A stretch of 64,000 nt of DNA from Acidimicrobiales bacterium (GTDB taxonomy: Bacteria > Actinomycetota > Acidimicrobiia > Acidimicrobiales > Salinilacustritrichaceae), in the NCBI GenBank assembly GCA_037968675.1, contig JBBKVY010000095.1, forward strand, positions 7,294-71,293. The letters are read 5' to 3'. Under the pieces are notes generated by a model, which saw nothing but the letters and a program-made list of their open reading frames with translations, had not been told where the DNA came from and did no database searches. The position numbers were made by a program, and so were the translations under genes. The number at the start of each line of letters is the position of its first letter. The stretch's first letter is position 1. Of this stretch, positions 11,682 through 20,331 are shown piece by piece.

Positions 11682-11809
11682 CTCGCCGGTGATGCCGGCG
11701 CCGACACGAGAACGGACGTCGCCGGGGGGTCGGGACGGCGCGTCGATGCGGCGACGCTAGTCGGCACGCTTCAGGAGACGGTCTGGGAGTGTCCCGATAG
11801 GTTGCACGC

Positions 11810-13252
11810 ATGACCCCGGCAGACGGCACGACAGACGGCATCGCAGACGCACCGAGCATCGGCACCGTGGGTGCGCTGCGTGCGTCCGGTTGGGAGTCCC
11901 GTCCCGTGAAGGAGGAGGTCCGTCGCAACGCGGTCGCCAAGATCAAGGCCGGTGAGCCGCTCTTCGCCGGCGTCATGGGCTACGAGGACACCGTGATGCC
12001 GCAGCTGGAGAATGCGCTGCTGGCGGGGCACGACGTGATCTTCCTGGGCGAGCGCGGTCAGGCCAAGACCCGGATGATCCGGTCGCTGACCGGGCTGCTC
12101 GACCAGTGGATGCCCATTGTCAAGGGATCCGAGATCAACGACGACCCGTATGCGCCGGTCTCGCGGTACGCAAAGGATCTCGTCGACGAGCACGGCGACG
12201 ACACCGAGATCGATTGGGTCCATCGCGACGCACGCTTCGGTGAGAAGTTGGCCACCCCCGACACGGCCATCGCCGACCTCGTGGGCGAGGTCGACCCGAT
12301 CAAGGTCGCCGAGGGCCGCTACCTCTCCGACGAGTTGACGATCCACTACGGGCTGGTGCCCCGAACCAACCGTGGCCTGTTCGCGATCAACGAGCTCCCC
12401 GACCTGTCCGAGCGCATCCAGGTCGGTCTGCTCAACGTGCTCGAGGAGCGCGACGTCCAGATCCGGGGCTACAAGGTCCGTCTGCCCATCGACGTCATGT
12501 TGCTGGCCTCGGCCAACCCCGAGGACTACACCAATCGTGGTCGCATCATCACGCCGCTCAAGGATCGCTTCGGCAGCCAGATCCGCACGCACTACCCGCT
12601 CGAGATCGAGACCGAGATGGCGATCGCCAGCCAGGAGATCACACCGCTCGATGCCGACGGCGTCCAGGTGCGCATGCCGGAGTACATGAGCCAGATCGTG
12701 ACCACGCTGTCGCACCTCGCCCGTGAATCGCCGCACGTCAACCAACGCTCCGGCGTGTCGGTCCGCCTCACGGTGTCCAACCACGAGGTCCTGGTGGCGA
12801 ACGCCGCGCGTCGCGCGCTCCGCCACGGCGAGAACGTGGTCGTGCCCCGGGTCTCCGACCTCGACGCGCTGGCCGCGTCGACGATGGGCAAGATCGAGAT
12901 CGAGTCACTCGACGACGGTCGCGACGAGGCGGTCGCCGGTCACCTCGTGATGTCGTCGGTGTTGACCGTCTTCCGCGAGCGGACCGATCCGGCGGTCCTG
13001 CGCGACGTCCTGGAGGCATTCGAGGGCGGTCGGATCGTCGACACCGGCGAGGACGTCACGTCGGCCGACCTCGCGGCACTCGTCGACGAGCTGCCCGGGC
13101 TGAAGGGTCCTGTCGCATCGCTGACCGGTGGTGACGAGTCGTCCGGAGCGCTCGCGGCCGCGGTCGAGTTCCTCCTCGAAGGTCTCCACCTGGGCAAGCG
13201 CCTCAACAAGGATCACGTCGGCGCCCGCGCGAGCTACCGAGCTCGCAGCTAG
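11810..13252 (+). CDS. Magnesium chelatase-like/MoxR-type AAA+ ATPase (Rv0958-like)
   Basis: Walker A GERGQAKT, FAINELPD and ASANPEDYTNRGRIITPLKDRF. TAGGTT lies 6 nt before the ATG. Confidence 0.88.
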   Translation: MTPADGTTDGIADAPSIGTVGALRASGWESRPVKEEVRRNAVAKIKAGEPLFAGVMGYEDTVMPQLENALLAGHDVIFLGERGQAKTRMIRSLTGLLDQWMPIVKGSEINDDPYAPVSRYAKDLVDEHGDDTEIDWVHRDARFGEKLATPDTAIADLVGEVDPIKVAEGRYLSDELTIHYGLVPRTNRGLFAINELPDLSERIQVGLLNVLEERDVQIRGYKVRLPIDVMLLASANPEDYTNRGRIITPLKDRFGSQIRTHYPLEIETEMAIASQEITPLDADGVQVRMPEYMSQIVTTLSHLARESPHVNQRSGVSVRLTVSNHEVLVANAARRALRHGENVVVPRVSDLDALAASTMGKIEIESLDDGRDEAVAGHLVMSSVLTVFRERTDPAVLRDVLEAFEGGRIVDTGEDVTSADLAALVDELPGLKGPVASLTGGDESSGALAAAVEFLLEGLHLGKRLNKDHVGARASYRARS

Positions 13253-13341
13253 GGAAAACCTGGGGTATCCACCGATTGACGTCCGCGGTCGACAACGCTG
13301 TCCGTCAGCTAGTGGGAACGTCGAATCGAAAGGGGATTCCC

Positions 13342-13623
13342 ATGAACAAGTCCGATCTGGTCGGGGCAATCGCAGAAGCAAGCGGTGAGTCGAAGGCCAC
13401 TGTTGGCTCGGTGCTCGACGCGTTCGAGGCAACGGTGACGGAGGTGGTTGCCGGTGGCGACAAGGTGTCGCTGCCTGGCTTCCTCACCTTCGACCGTGGT
13501 CATCGCGCCGCTCGCACCGGCAAGAACCCGCAGACGGGTGAACCGCTACAGATCAAGGCGGCCAACGTCGCCAAGGTCAAGGTGGGTTCCAAGTTCAAGG
13601 AGAAGGTGGCCGCAACCACCTGA
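13342..13623 (+). CDS. hup: HU family DNA-binding protein
   Basis: MNKSDLV...GFLTF...RAARTGKNPQTGEPLQI. SD AGGGGA. Confidence 0.95.
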   Translation: MNKSDLVGAIAEASGESKATVGSVLDAFEATVTEVVAGGDKVSLPGFLTFDRGHRAARTGKNPQTGEPLQIKAANVAKVKVGSKFKEKVAATT

Positions 13624-13640
13624 TCCACGCTCTGTGCCGC

Positions 13641-13665
13641 GCCCGGATCCCCACGGGGTCCGGGC
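13641..13665. terminator. GC-rich hairpin between convergent hup and the sigma-factor gene
   Basis: GCCCGGATCCCC-AC-GGGGTCCGGGC forms an 11-bp stem with one bulge. Confidence 0.7.
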
Positions 13666-13669
13666 CGGC

Positions 13670-14410
13670 TCAGTTCTGGTCTTCCAGTTCTTGGCGCAGC
13701 GTCGAGAGCGTCTGGCGGAGCAGTCGAGACAGATACGACTGCGACACGCCGAGTTCGTCGGCGATCTCCTGCTGCGAGCGCCGTTCGACGAATCGGAGAC
13801 GGACGATGTCCCGATCTCGCTCGTCGAGTCCCTCGAGGAGCCGCTTGACGTCGACCTGACGTTCGACATCGGCCATGTCGCCATGGTCGCCGCTGATCGT
13901 GGCGCCCTTGGTCATCGTCCCGTCACCGACGGGCATGTCGAGGCTGTCGGCTCGGAACGCACCACCGGTCGACAACGCCTCCAGCACCCGGTCGACCGAC
14001 TCGTCCATGCGCTCGGCCAATTCTTCGACCAGCGGCGTGCGGCCCAGTTCCTGGGTCAGCTCCGGCTCGAGCCGTCGGCACCGCACGGCGAGCTCCTGGA
14101 GGCTGCGTGGTGGCCGGACCGACCAGCTCTTGTCCCGCAGGAGTCGCTTCAATTCGCCCTCGATGGTCCGGTTCGCGAAGGTCTTGAACGTCACGCCGAC
14201 GTCGGGGTCGAACCGTTCGACCGCCTTGATCAGCGCTATGAATGCCTGCTGGCGTACGTCGTCACCGTCGACCTGCCCACGCCCGAAGCGCGTGACGTAG
14301 TAGTCGACGAGCTCGAGGTTGGCTTCGACGAGCGCGTTGCGGGTCCGCCGCGATCCGGTACGTCGGTACTCTTCGAAGGTCGCCGATCGCCTGGTCGCGT
14401 CAGGGGCCAT
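13670..14410 (-). CDS. SigB/SigF/SigG-family RNA polymerase sigma factor
   Basis: RNALVEANLELV, region 2 LIKAVERFDPDVGVTFKTFANRTIEGELKR and region 4 SQQEIADELGVSQSYLSRL. The start overlaps the upstream anti-sigma gene. Confidence 0.92.
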   Translation of the reverse strand: MAPDATRRSATFEEYRRTGSRRTRNALVEANLELVDYYVTRFGRGQVDGDDVRQQAFIALIKAVERFDPDVGVTFKTFANRTIEGELKRLLRDKSWSVRPPRSLQELAVRCRRLEPELTQELGRTPLVEELAERMDESVDRVLEALSTGGAFRADSLDMPVGDGTMTKGATISGDHGDMADVERQVDVKRLLEGLDERDRDIVRLRFVERRSQQEIADELGVSQSYLSRLLRQTLSTLRQELEDQN

Positions 14411-14807
14411 CGACGTCGTCGTCCCTTGCGACCGGAAGGTCGATGCGCAATCCGAACCGACAGTCGTCCCCGTCACGGGTCAACGTGTGGGATGTCGAGC
14501 CAGCGGCCAACAACTGGGCCGCGATCGGGTCGACCACCGGGTCGTCGGTCACCGGCCCGCACTGTCCGTCCATTCCGATGCCGTCGACATCGGGTCGGAT
14601 GGTCAGCGTGAGTACGGCGTCGTCGGTCGCGTCCGCCATGGCGAGGGCACACAGCTCGTCGATCGCGACCCGCATCGACTCGATGGCGTCCACCGCGAAG
14701 CCAGCATCGGATGCGACGGTGGCCGCGAGGACGCGAAGATGTCGGAGATGGGCAGACGTCGCGGGCACCGACACCACGACGGACGATTTGGAGGGCAGTT
14801 CGTGCAT
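14400..14807 (-). CDS. RsbW/UsfX-like anti-sigma factor with degenerate HATPase motifs
   Basis: VPATSAHLRHLRVLAATVA...MRVAIDELCA. It lies directly upstream of the sigma gene and lacks the N-box Asn and GxG box. Confidence 0.75.
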   Translation of the reverse strand: MHELPSKSSVVVSVPATSAHLRHLRVLAATVASDAGFAVDAIESMRVAIDELCALAMADATDDAVLTLTIRPDVDGIGMDGQCGPVTDDPVVDPIAAQLLAAGSTSHTLTRDGDDCRFGLRIDLPVARDDDVDGP

Positions 14808-14814
14808 CGGATCC

Positions 14815-14841
14815 GTTCTACGGGCTCGAAATCATGGGTAG
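14815..14841 (+). promoter_or_regulatory. Candidate SigB/SigF-type promoter
   Basis: GTTCT-N16-GGGTAG, 18 nt upstream of ATG 14860. Confidence 0.5.
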
Positions 14842-14859
14842 ATGGCCTTTTGATCGCAG

Positions 14860-15312
14860 ATGACGTTGCAACCGCTCACTCCTGACCAGTTCTCGGCTCG
14901 GCCGATCAATGGTCTCGCCGACCTCTCGGTCGTGCGATCGGAGTTCGGTCACTGGCTGCAGGCACTCGGGCTGGAGGATTCGAAGGTCGAGGACCTGTTG
15001 GTGGTCATCAGCGAGCTGGCGGCGAATGCCGTGCGCGAGTCGGCTTCTGACGCCGGGCTCCCGACGCTGGCGGCCTCGTACGATGCCGCGGCGATCGAAC
15101 TCGAAGTGGTGAACGACGTCGACAGCGCGAAACACGACGAATGGAAGCAGGACTGGGACCTGGACGATCCGCTCCGCGCCGGCGGCCGCGGTCTGCTGGT
15201 CGTGTCTGCGCTGGTCGACGAGGTCGACGTCGAGGTGCAGGGCGAGCGTCTGTGTGTGCGGTGCAAGCTGGCCATCGTCGACGACGGTCAGCCGGACTCG
15301 ACCGTCACGTGA
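14860..15312 (+). CDS. HATPase_c anti-sigma/serine kinase (RsbW-like)
   Basis: N-box VISELAANAVR and G-box GGRGLLVVSALVD. Confidence 0.82.
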   Translation: MTLQPLTPDQFSARPINGLADLSVVRSEFGHWLQALGLEDSKVEDLLVVISELAANAVRESASDAGLPTLAASYDAAAIELEVVNDVDSAKHDEWKQDWDLDDPLRAGGRGLLVVSALVDEVDVEVQGERLCVRCKLAIVDDGQPDSTVT

Positions 15313-15626
15313 TCGTCCAGACCCGTCACGGCGAGCAGCTTCTGCAGTGCCGCTGACGGGTGACGGATCACGAGCGCGCCGCCAGCCTCGCTGAGGCGTC
15401 GGTGCGTGTCGGCGATCACGCGCAAGCCGGCCGAGTCGGTGAACCCGACGCCGGCCACGTCGAGCACCGCGGTGGTTGCGTCGTCGGCGAGTGTCTCGTC
15501 GATCTGCGTCTGCAACATCGGCGAGGTGTACGGATCGAGATCTCCCTCGAGGACGAACACGGGCGGCGGGCCGTCGTCGATGACGACGGCGAGTCGATCT
15601 TCGGGGGCTGGGGTCACGTCGGTCAT
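15288..15626 (-). CDS. STAS-domain anti-sigma factor antagonist (RsbV-like)
   Basis: LEGDLDPYTSP and LDVAGVGFTDSAGL (phospho-Ser motif), ...LLAVTGL. Confidence 0.9.
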   Translation of the reverse strand: MTDVTPAPEDRLAVVIDDGPPPVFVLEGDLDPYTSPMLQTQIDETLADDATTAVLDVAGVGFTDSAGLRVIADTHRRLSEAGGALVIRHPSAALQKLLAVTGLDDHVTVESG

Positions 15627-15749
15627 CGGCTCCTCTGAGTGGGGTCTTGTCGTGTGACAACTGGTGTCGGCGAGACGTCGTGGGAACGCGAAAGGCGCCG
15701 GCTGCGATCTTCGCAGCCAGCGCCGACGCTATCCAACAACGAGCGCGAG

Positions 15750-15935
15750 TCACTCGTCGTCGCGGTTGAGGAGTCCCTTCACCTTGTCGGCGACTCCGTC
15801 GACGGCGTCCTTGACGTCGCCCACGGCCCGGTCAGTCTTGCCCTCGTTCTTCAGGTCGTCGTCGCCGGTGACCGAACCTGCGGCCTCCTTGGCACGGCCC
15901 TTGATCTCGTCCTTGTTGAGCTTGTCGTCACCCAT
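15750..15935 (-). CDS. csbD: CsbD family general stress protein
   Basis: DEIKGRAKEAAGSVTGDDDLKNEGKTDRAVGDVKD. SD GAGAGGA. Confidence 0.88.
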   Translation of the reverse strand: MGDDKLNKDEIKGRAKEAAGSVTGDDDLKNEGKTDRAVGDVKDAVDGVADKVKGLLNRDDE

Positions 15936-16008
15936 GGGGGTCCTCTCGTCGGGGTCTGGCCGGTGGGTCCACCGGGCGTGGTCTCTGTTCCCCACTCCCG
16001 ACGTGTTC

Positions 16009-17622
16009 ATGCATACGCTGCCCGCCGTGACGCCCGACGTTCTCTACGCCGCACTTGCCGCCGGCCGTGTCGGCGTCTGGACGCTGGACACGTCGACCGG
16101 ATGCTCGGAGTGGTCTGAAGCGATGGCCCGTCTCCACGGCGTCGACGGGCTGTGTGGCGCCGCAGGTGACGTGTTCGAGGCGGTCGAGTCCTGCGATCGC
16201 GCCGCCATCGACGAGGCAGTGGCCCACGCCCCCGACCTCGACGAGCCGTTGGCGGTGGAGTATCGGCTCCTGCTCCCGGACGGTCGCACGCGCTGGCTGT
16301 CGGCCATCGTGTGCACGGCGACAGGAGCGCAGCCCGACTCGGTCGCCGTCTGTGTGTTCGCAACGGACGTGACCGAACGCAAGGAGCACGACCTCGCCGC
16401 AGCGCGACGCCGTACCAGCATCGAAGGGCTGCACTGGGTCAATCGGGCGATCATCGCCGGTCAGGGCCTCGGCGACACGGCGGACGCGCTGGTGCACAGT
16501 GCGTCGGATGTCCTCGGCGCGACCGCGGGGATCCTGGTGTACGCGGCGCCCGACGACAACGGCGGATCGCTCGCTCGAGCCGTCGCCGGCATCCCCGAGT
16601 CCGACGCCGGAGCTCCTCGACGTCTCGACTGGCCGGAGGGCATCGTGGGCGTGGACGACGTCATCACCGTCGACGACGTGTCGTCAGCCGGGGTGGGGGA
16701 CTTCCTGGTGTCGGTCGGATTTCCCCCGGAGACGGTGCGTGCGTGCGGATCAGCGCTCCTCGTGCCGATCGGTTCGGCGGCGCGTCTGGGGGCGATGTGC
16801 TTCATCCGCGAGGATGTCGGCTACTTCTCGACCCACGACGCCGAGCTCGCGTCGGCCATTGGCTCCACGGCGAAAGCAGCGATCGAGAGCGCGCAGCGGT
16901 ACGAGGAGCAACGCCTCGCCGCCCGGACCTTCCAGCAGCACCTGCTCCCGCAGCACGATGTCGAGATCGCCGGTGTCGAGCTCTGCACGAAGTACCACCC
17001 GGGACGCGACGGCCTCGACGTCGGAGGGGACTGGTTCGACGTGATCGACCTCGGGGGCCGTATCGGCCTCGCCGTCGGCGACGTGTGCGGCCACGGCCTC
17101 GTCGCGGCGGCGCACATGGGCCAGCTCCGGTACTCCTTCCGTGCCCTCGTCCGGGCCTCGTCGACGCCCGAGAAGGCGTTCGGCGTGTTGAACCGGATCG
17201 CCCTCGATCTCCACACAACGGCGACGGTCGCCTACGTCGAACTCGACGTGCACACGGGGGCCTGTGCGATCTGGCGGTGTGGCCACCTGCCGCCGGTGAT
17301 CGCCTCGGCCGGAGGAGGGACGGCGCGTTGGTTGGGTGAGCTCGGCGACGGTGGACCGATGCTCGGCTTCGTCGACGACGTCACGTGCAGGCCGATACGG
17401 ACCAATCTCGACCGAGGCGACGTGCTCCTCCTCTACACCGACGGACTCGTCGAGCGCCGAGGCGAGCTGATCGACGACGGGCTCGACCGGCTTGCTGCTG
17501 CGCTCGCCGATTCGCTCCCGATCGAGGTACTCGACGACCGGTGCGGTGCGCTCTACCAGGCGCTTGCCCGGATGGGTCCGGACGCCGACGACATCGCCAT
17601 GGTCGCCGCCCGTCGCCACTGA
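16009..17622 (+). CDS. PAS-GAF-PP2C (SpoIIE/RsbU-like) serine phosphatase
   Basis: PAS/PAC (EYRLLLPDGRTRWL...TDVTERK) and a GAF. PP2C motifs GGDWFD, VGDVCGHG, LYTDGLVE and DDIAMV. Confidence 0.9.
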   Translation: MHTLPAVTPDVLYAALAAGRVGVWTLDTSTGCSEWSEAMARLHGVDGLCGAAGDVFEAVESCDRAAIDEAVAHAPDLDEPLAVEYRLLLPDGRTRWLSAIVCTATGAQPDSVAVCVFATDVTERKEHDLAAARRRTSIEGLHWVNRAIIAGQGLGDTADALVHSASDVLGATAGILVYAAPDDNGGSLARAVAGIPESDAGAPRRLDWPEGIVGVDDVITVDDVSSAGVGDFLVSVGFPPETVRACGSALLVPIGSAARLGAMCFIREDVGYFSTHDAELASAIGSTAKAAIESAQRYEEQRLAARTFQQHLLPQHDVEIAGVELCTKYHPGRDGLDVGGDWFDVIDLGGRIGLAVGDVCGHGLVAAAHMGQLRYSFRALVRASSTPEKAFGVLNRIALDLHTTATVAYVELDVHTGACAIWRCGHLPPVIASAGGGTARWLGELGDGGPMLGFVDDVTCRPIRTNLDRGDVLLLYTDGLVERRGELIDDGLDRLAAALADSLPIEVLDDRCGALYQALARMGPDADDIAMVAARRH

Positions 17623-17655
17623 GACCACCGATCTCCGGGATCGTCAACATCTCGG

Positions 17656-17682
17656 GTTCTGACACCCGGTGTGCCGGGGAAA
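17656..17682 (+). promoter_or_regulatory. Candidate SigB/SigF-type promoter
   Basis: GTTCT-N16-GGGAAA, with the same -35 pentamer and spacing as 14815-14841. Confidence 0.5.
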
Positions 17683-17742
17683 GGAGGAGCCGAATGTCCA
17701 CTACGCCCGAGCTCCTCCGAACGGGCAGAAGGAGTGACCATC

Positions 17743-17961
17743 ATGGCCACCGGCTCGTCCATCTTCCTCATCGCCATCGGCGCCATCTTGACCTTCGCGG
17801 TCGACGCTGAGGTCTCCGGCCTCGACATCTCGACCGTGGGGATCATCCTCATGGTTGCTGGCGTCCTCGGCGTACTGATCTCGTTGCTCTGGCTCGACCG
17901 TGCAACGTCCCCCCGCTCGGAGACCCGAGTCGTCGAGGAGACCCGCACCCGAGAGGTGTGA
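17743..17961 (+). CDS. Small two-TM membrane protein (DUF6458-like)
   Basis: MATGSSIFLIAIGAILTFAV...LDISTVGIILMVAGVLG. SD AAGGAG. Confidence 0.8.
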   Translation: MATGSSIFLIAIGAILTFAVDAEVSGLDISTVGIILMVAGVLGVLISLLWLDRATSPRSETRVVEETRTREV

Positions 17962-17989
17962 CTCCCGAACACGACTCGTCTCCGAGTTC

Positions 17990-18023
17990 AGACTGCGCCC
18001 GGTCCGCCCGCCGGGCGCAGTCT
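17990..18023 (+). terminator. Hairpin terminator
   Basis: Perfect 13-bp stem AGACTGCGCCCGG/CCGGGCGCAGTCT with an 8-nt loop. Confidence 0.78.
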
Positions 18024-18052
18024 CGCGTCTGCACCGCTACCGTGAACCATTG

Positions 18053-20110
18053 ATGACTCGCCCCAACTTCCGGTACTCACGGTGGGACGGAACCCAGGTC
18101 GGCTTCGACGTCGATGCCGATTCGATCTTCGAGGAGATCACCGACGACCTCCTCTATCACGGCGACCTGAACGCCGCGCTGCGACGTTTGATGCAGCAGG
18201 GGTTCGAGGACGACGAGGGCAACCGGGTCGAGGGCATGCGCGAGCTCATGCAACGGTTGCGCGACGCTCGTCAGGAGCGGCTCGAGAACTCGAATCTGGG
18301 CGGCATCTATGACGAGATCGCCGACGCCCTCCGCGAGGTGGTCGACCAGGAACGCTCGGCCCTCGACCAACGCCTCGAGGACGCGCGCCAGTCGGGGGAC
18401 GAGCGTCGTCAGGAGTTGGCCGAATCGACGACGACCGAGAAGCACATGCATCTCGACATGCTCCCCTCCGACCTCGCCGGGCAGGTCCAGAGCCTGTCGA
18501 ACTACGACTTCGAGTCGTCCGAGGCGCAGGAGCGCTTCGACGAGCTGATGGAGCAGCTCCGCGAGCAACTCGCCCAGCAGTACTTCGACCAGATGGCCGG
18601 GGCGATGTCGAATCCCGATCCTGCGGCGATGCAGCGCACCAAGGACATGATGGCGGCGCTCAACGAGCTGCTCGAGAAGCACCAGCGTGGCGAGGACACG
18701 CCCGAGGACTTCCGCGACTTCATGGACGAGTACAGCGACTTCTTCCCGGAGGATCCGGAGAACGTCGAAGAGCTGCTGCGGGCGATGGCCGAACGCATGG
18801 CCAACATGCAGGCGATGCTCAACTCGATGAGTCCCGAACAGCGGGCGCAGCTCCAGGGGCTGGCAGAGCAGCTGCTCGAGGACATGGATCTCGCGTTCCT
18901 GTCGAGCCAGCTCGGGCAGAACCTGCAGGAGATGTTCCCGCAACTCGACTGGAACAAGCAGTACGACTTCGACGGCGACAATCCGATGGGTTTCGCCGAA
19001 GCGGCGCAGATGATGGCCGAGCTCGGCGATCTCGACCAGCTCGAGAACCTGCTCCAGTCGGCGACCCAACCCGGCGCCCTGGCCGAGGCCGACCTCGACC
19101 GGGCTCGAGAGCTGCTCGGTGACGACGCCGCTCGGTCGCTCGAACAGATGTCGAAGCTCGCCAAACAGCTCGAGGAGGCCGGTCTGATCCAGAACAAGGA
19201 GGGCCGGCTCGAGCTGACGCCGCGCGGCCTGCGCAAGATCGGCAACAACGCCCTCGACGATCTCTTCTCCAAGCTGGCCAGGGACAAGCTCGGTCGACAC
19301 GACATGTCGTCGACCGGCATCGGGCACGAGCGCACCTACGACACCAAGGCCTACGAGTGGGGCGATCCGTTCAACCTGCACATCGAGAAGACCGTCCGGA
19401 ACGCCGTTCGTCGCAACGCCGGCGACCGAGCGGCGGGGGGCGGGGACTACCGCGGGACACCGGTTCGGTTGACGCCGGACGATTTCGAGGTCGAGCGCAC
19501 CGAGACGATCGTTCGATCGGCAACGGTGCTCATGCTCGACCTCTCGCTCTCGATGCCGATGCGAGACAACTTCCTGCCGGCCAAGAAGGTGGCGATGGCG
19601 CTCCACGCGCTCATCTCCGGGCAGTTCCCGCAGGACTACCTCGGGCTCGTCGGCTTCTCGAAGGTCGCCCACGTGCTCACACCCGAACAACTCCCCGAGG
19701 TCAGCTGGGACTACGACTACGGCACCAACATGCAGCACGGGTTCCAACTCGCCCGACAGTTGTTGGCCAGGCAGTCGGGCACCAAGCAGATCATCATGAT
19801 CACCGACGGCGAGCCGACGGCCCACTACGAGCCGGGAATGTCGCAGCCGTACTTCAACTATCCGCCGGTGCAGGAGACGATCGACGCCACTGTGCGCGAG
19901 GTCATCCGATGCACCAAGGACGACATCCGCATCAACACCTTCATGCTCGACGCCACCAGTTATCTCAAGCACTTCATCGAGCGCATCTCGAAGATGAACG
20001 GTGGCCGGGCGTTCTTCACCACCCCGGAGACCCTCGGCGACTACGTCCTCGTCGACTTCGTCGAACACAAGCGTGCCGTGCGCACGTCGGGCGGCCGACG
20101 GGTCTCGTAG
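18053..20110 (+). CDS. VWA-domain protein (Rv0959-like partner of the chelatase-like ATPase)
   Basis: FRYSRWDGTQ, LELTPRGLRKIG, MIDAS LDLSLSM, GTNMQHG and MITDGEPTAH. Confidence 0.88.
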   Translation: MTRPNFRYSRWDGTQVGFDVDADSIFEEITDDLLYHGDLNAALRRLMQQGFEDDEGNRVEGMRELMQRLRDARQERLENSNLGGIYDEIADALREVVDQERSALDQRLEDARQSGDERRQELAESTTTEKHMHLDMLPSDLAGQVQSLSNYDFESSEAQERFDELMEQLREQLAQQYFDQMAGAMSNPDPAAMQRTKDMMAALNELLEKHQRGEDTPEDFRDFMDEYSDFFPEDPENVEELLRAMAERMANMQAMLNSMSPEQRAQLQGLAEQLLEDMDLAFLSSQLGQNLQEMFPQLDWNKQYDFDGDNPMGFAEAAQMMAELGDLDQLENLLQSATQPGALAEADLDRARELLGDDAARSLEQMSKLAKQLEEAGLIQNKEGRLELTPRGLRKIGNNALDDLFSKLARDKLGRHDMSSTGIGHERTYDTKAYEWGDPFNLHIEKTVRNAVRRNAGDRAAGGGDYRGTPVRLTPDDFEVERTETIVRSATVLMLDLSLSMPMRDNFLPAKKVAMALHALISGQFPQDYLGLVGFSKVAHVLTPEQLPEVSWDYDYGTNMQHGFQLARQLLARQSGTKQIIMITDGEPTAHYEPGMSQPYFNYPPVQETIDATVREVIRCTKDDIRINTFMLDATSYLKHFIERISKMNGGRAFFTTPETLGDYVLVDFVEHKRAVRTSGGRRVS

Positions 20111-20278
20111 CTGCCGGAGCTGGCGTCATCGCGCCGCCTCGTGCCGATCCGCGTGGGCAGGGACCGAGGGTGCGCGTCGCCGAGAAGGCCGTGCGCCGCC
20201 CGGCTCGGCACGGCCACCACCAGGATTTCTCAACTCTCCCTTGCGTTCCAGTGGCCTCATGGGGGATGATCACACCGT

Positions 20279-20288
20279 TGTAATTACA
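20279..20288. promoter_or_regulatory. Perfect AT-rich palindrome upstream of whiB
   Basis: TGTAATTACA is self-complementary and stands out in a high-GC background. Confidence 0.5.
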
Positions 20289-20331
20289 CATCTGGTATGG
20301 GAACGAGCCGGAGCTCGTCCGCCGACCGTTG

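Noticed and set aside
13252-13268. GGGAAA/GGGTAT upstream of hup as a SigB-type -10
   Set aside because: There is no GTT-like -35 element at 14-17 nt spacing.
15960-15975. CCGGTGG-GT-CCACCGG palindrome between csbD and the phosphatase
   Set aside because: It is short and almost all GC, so chance or a simple 5'-UTR hairpin is plausible. There is no second copy to support an operator.
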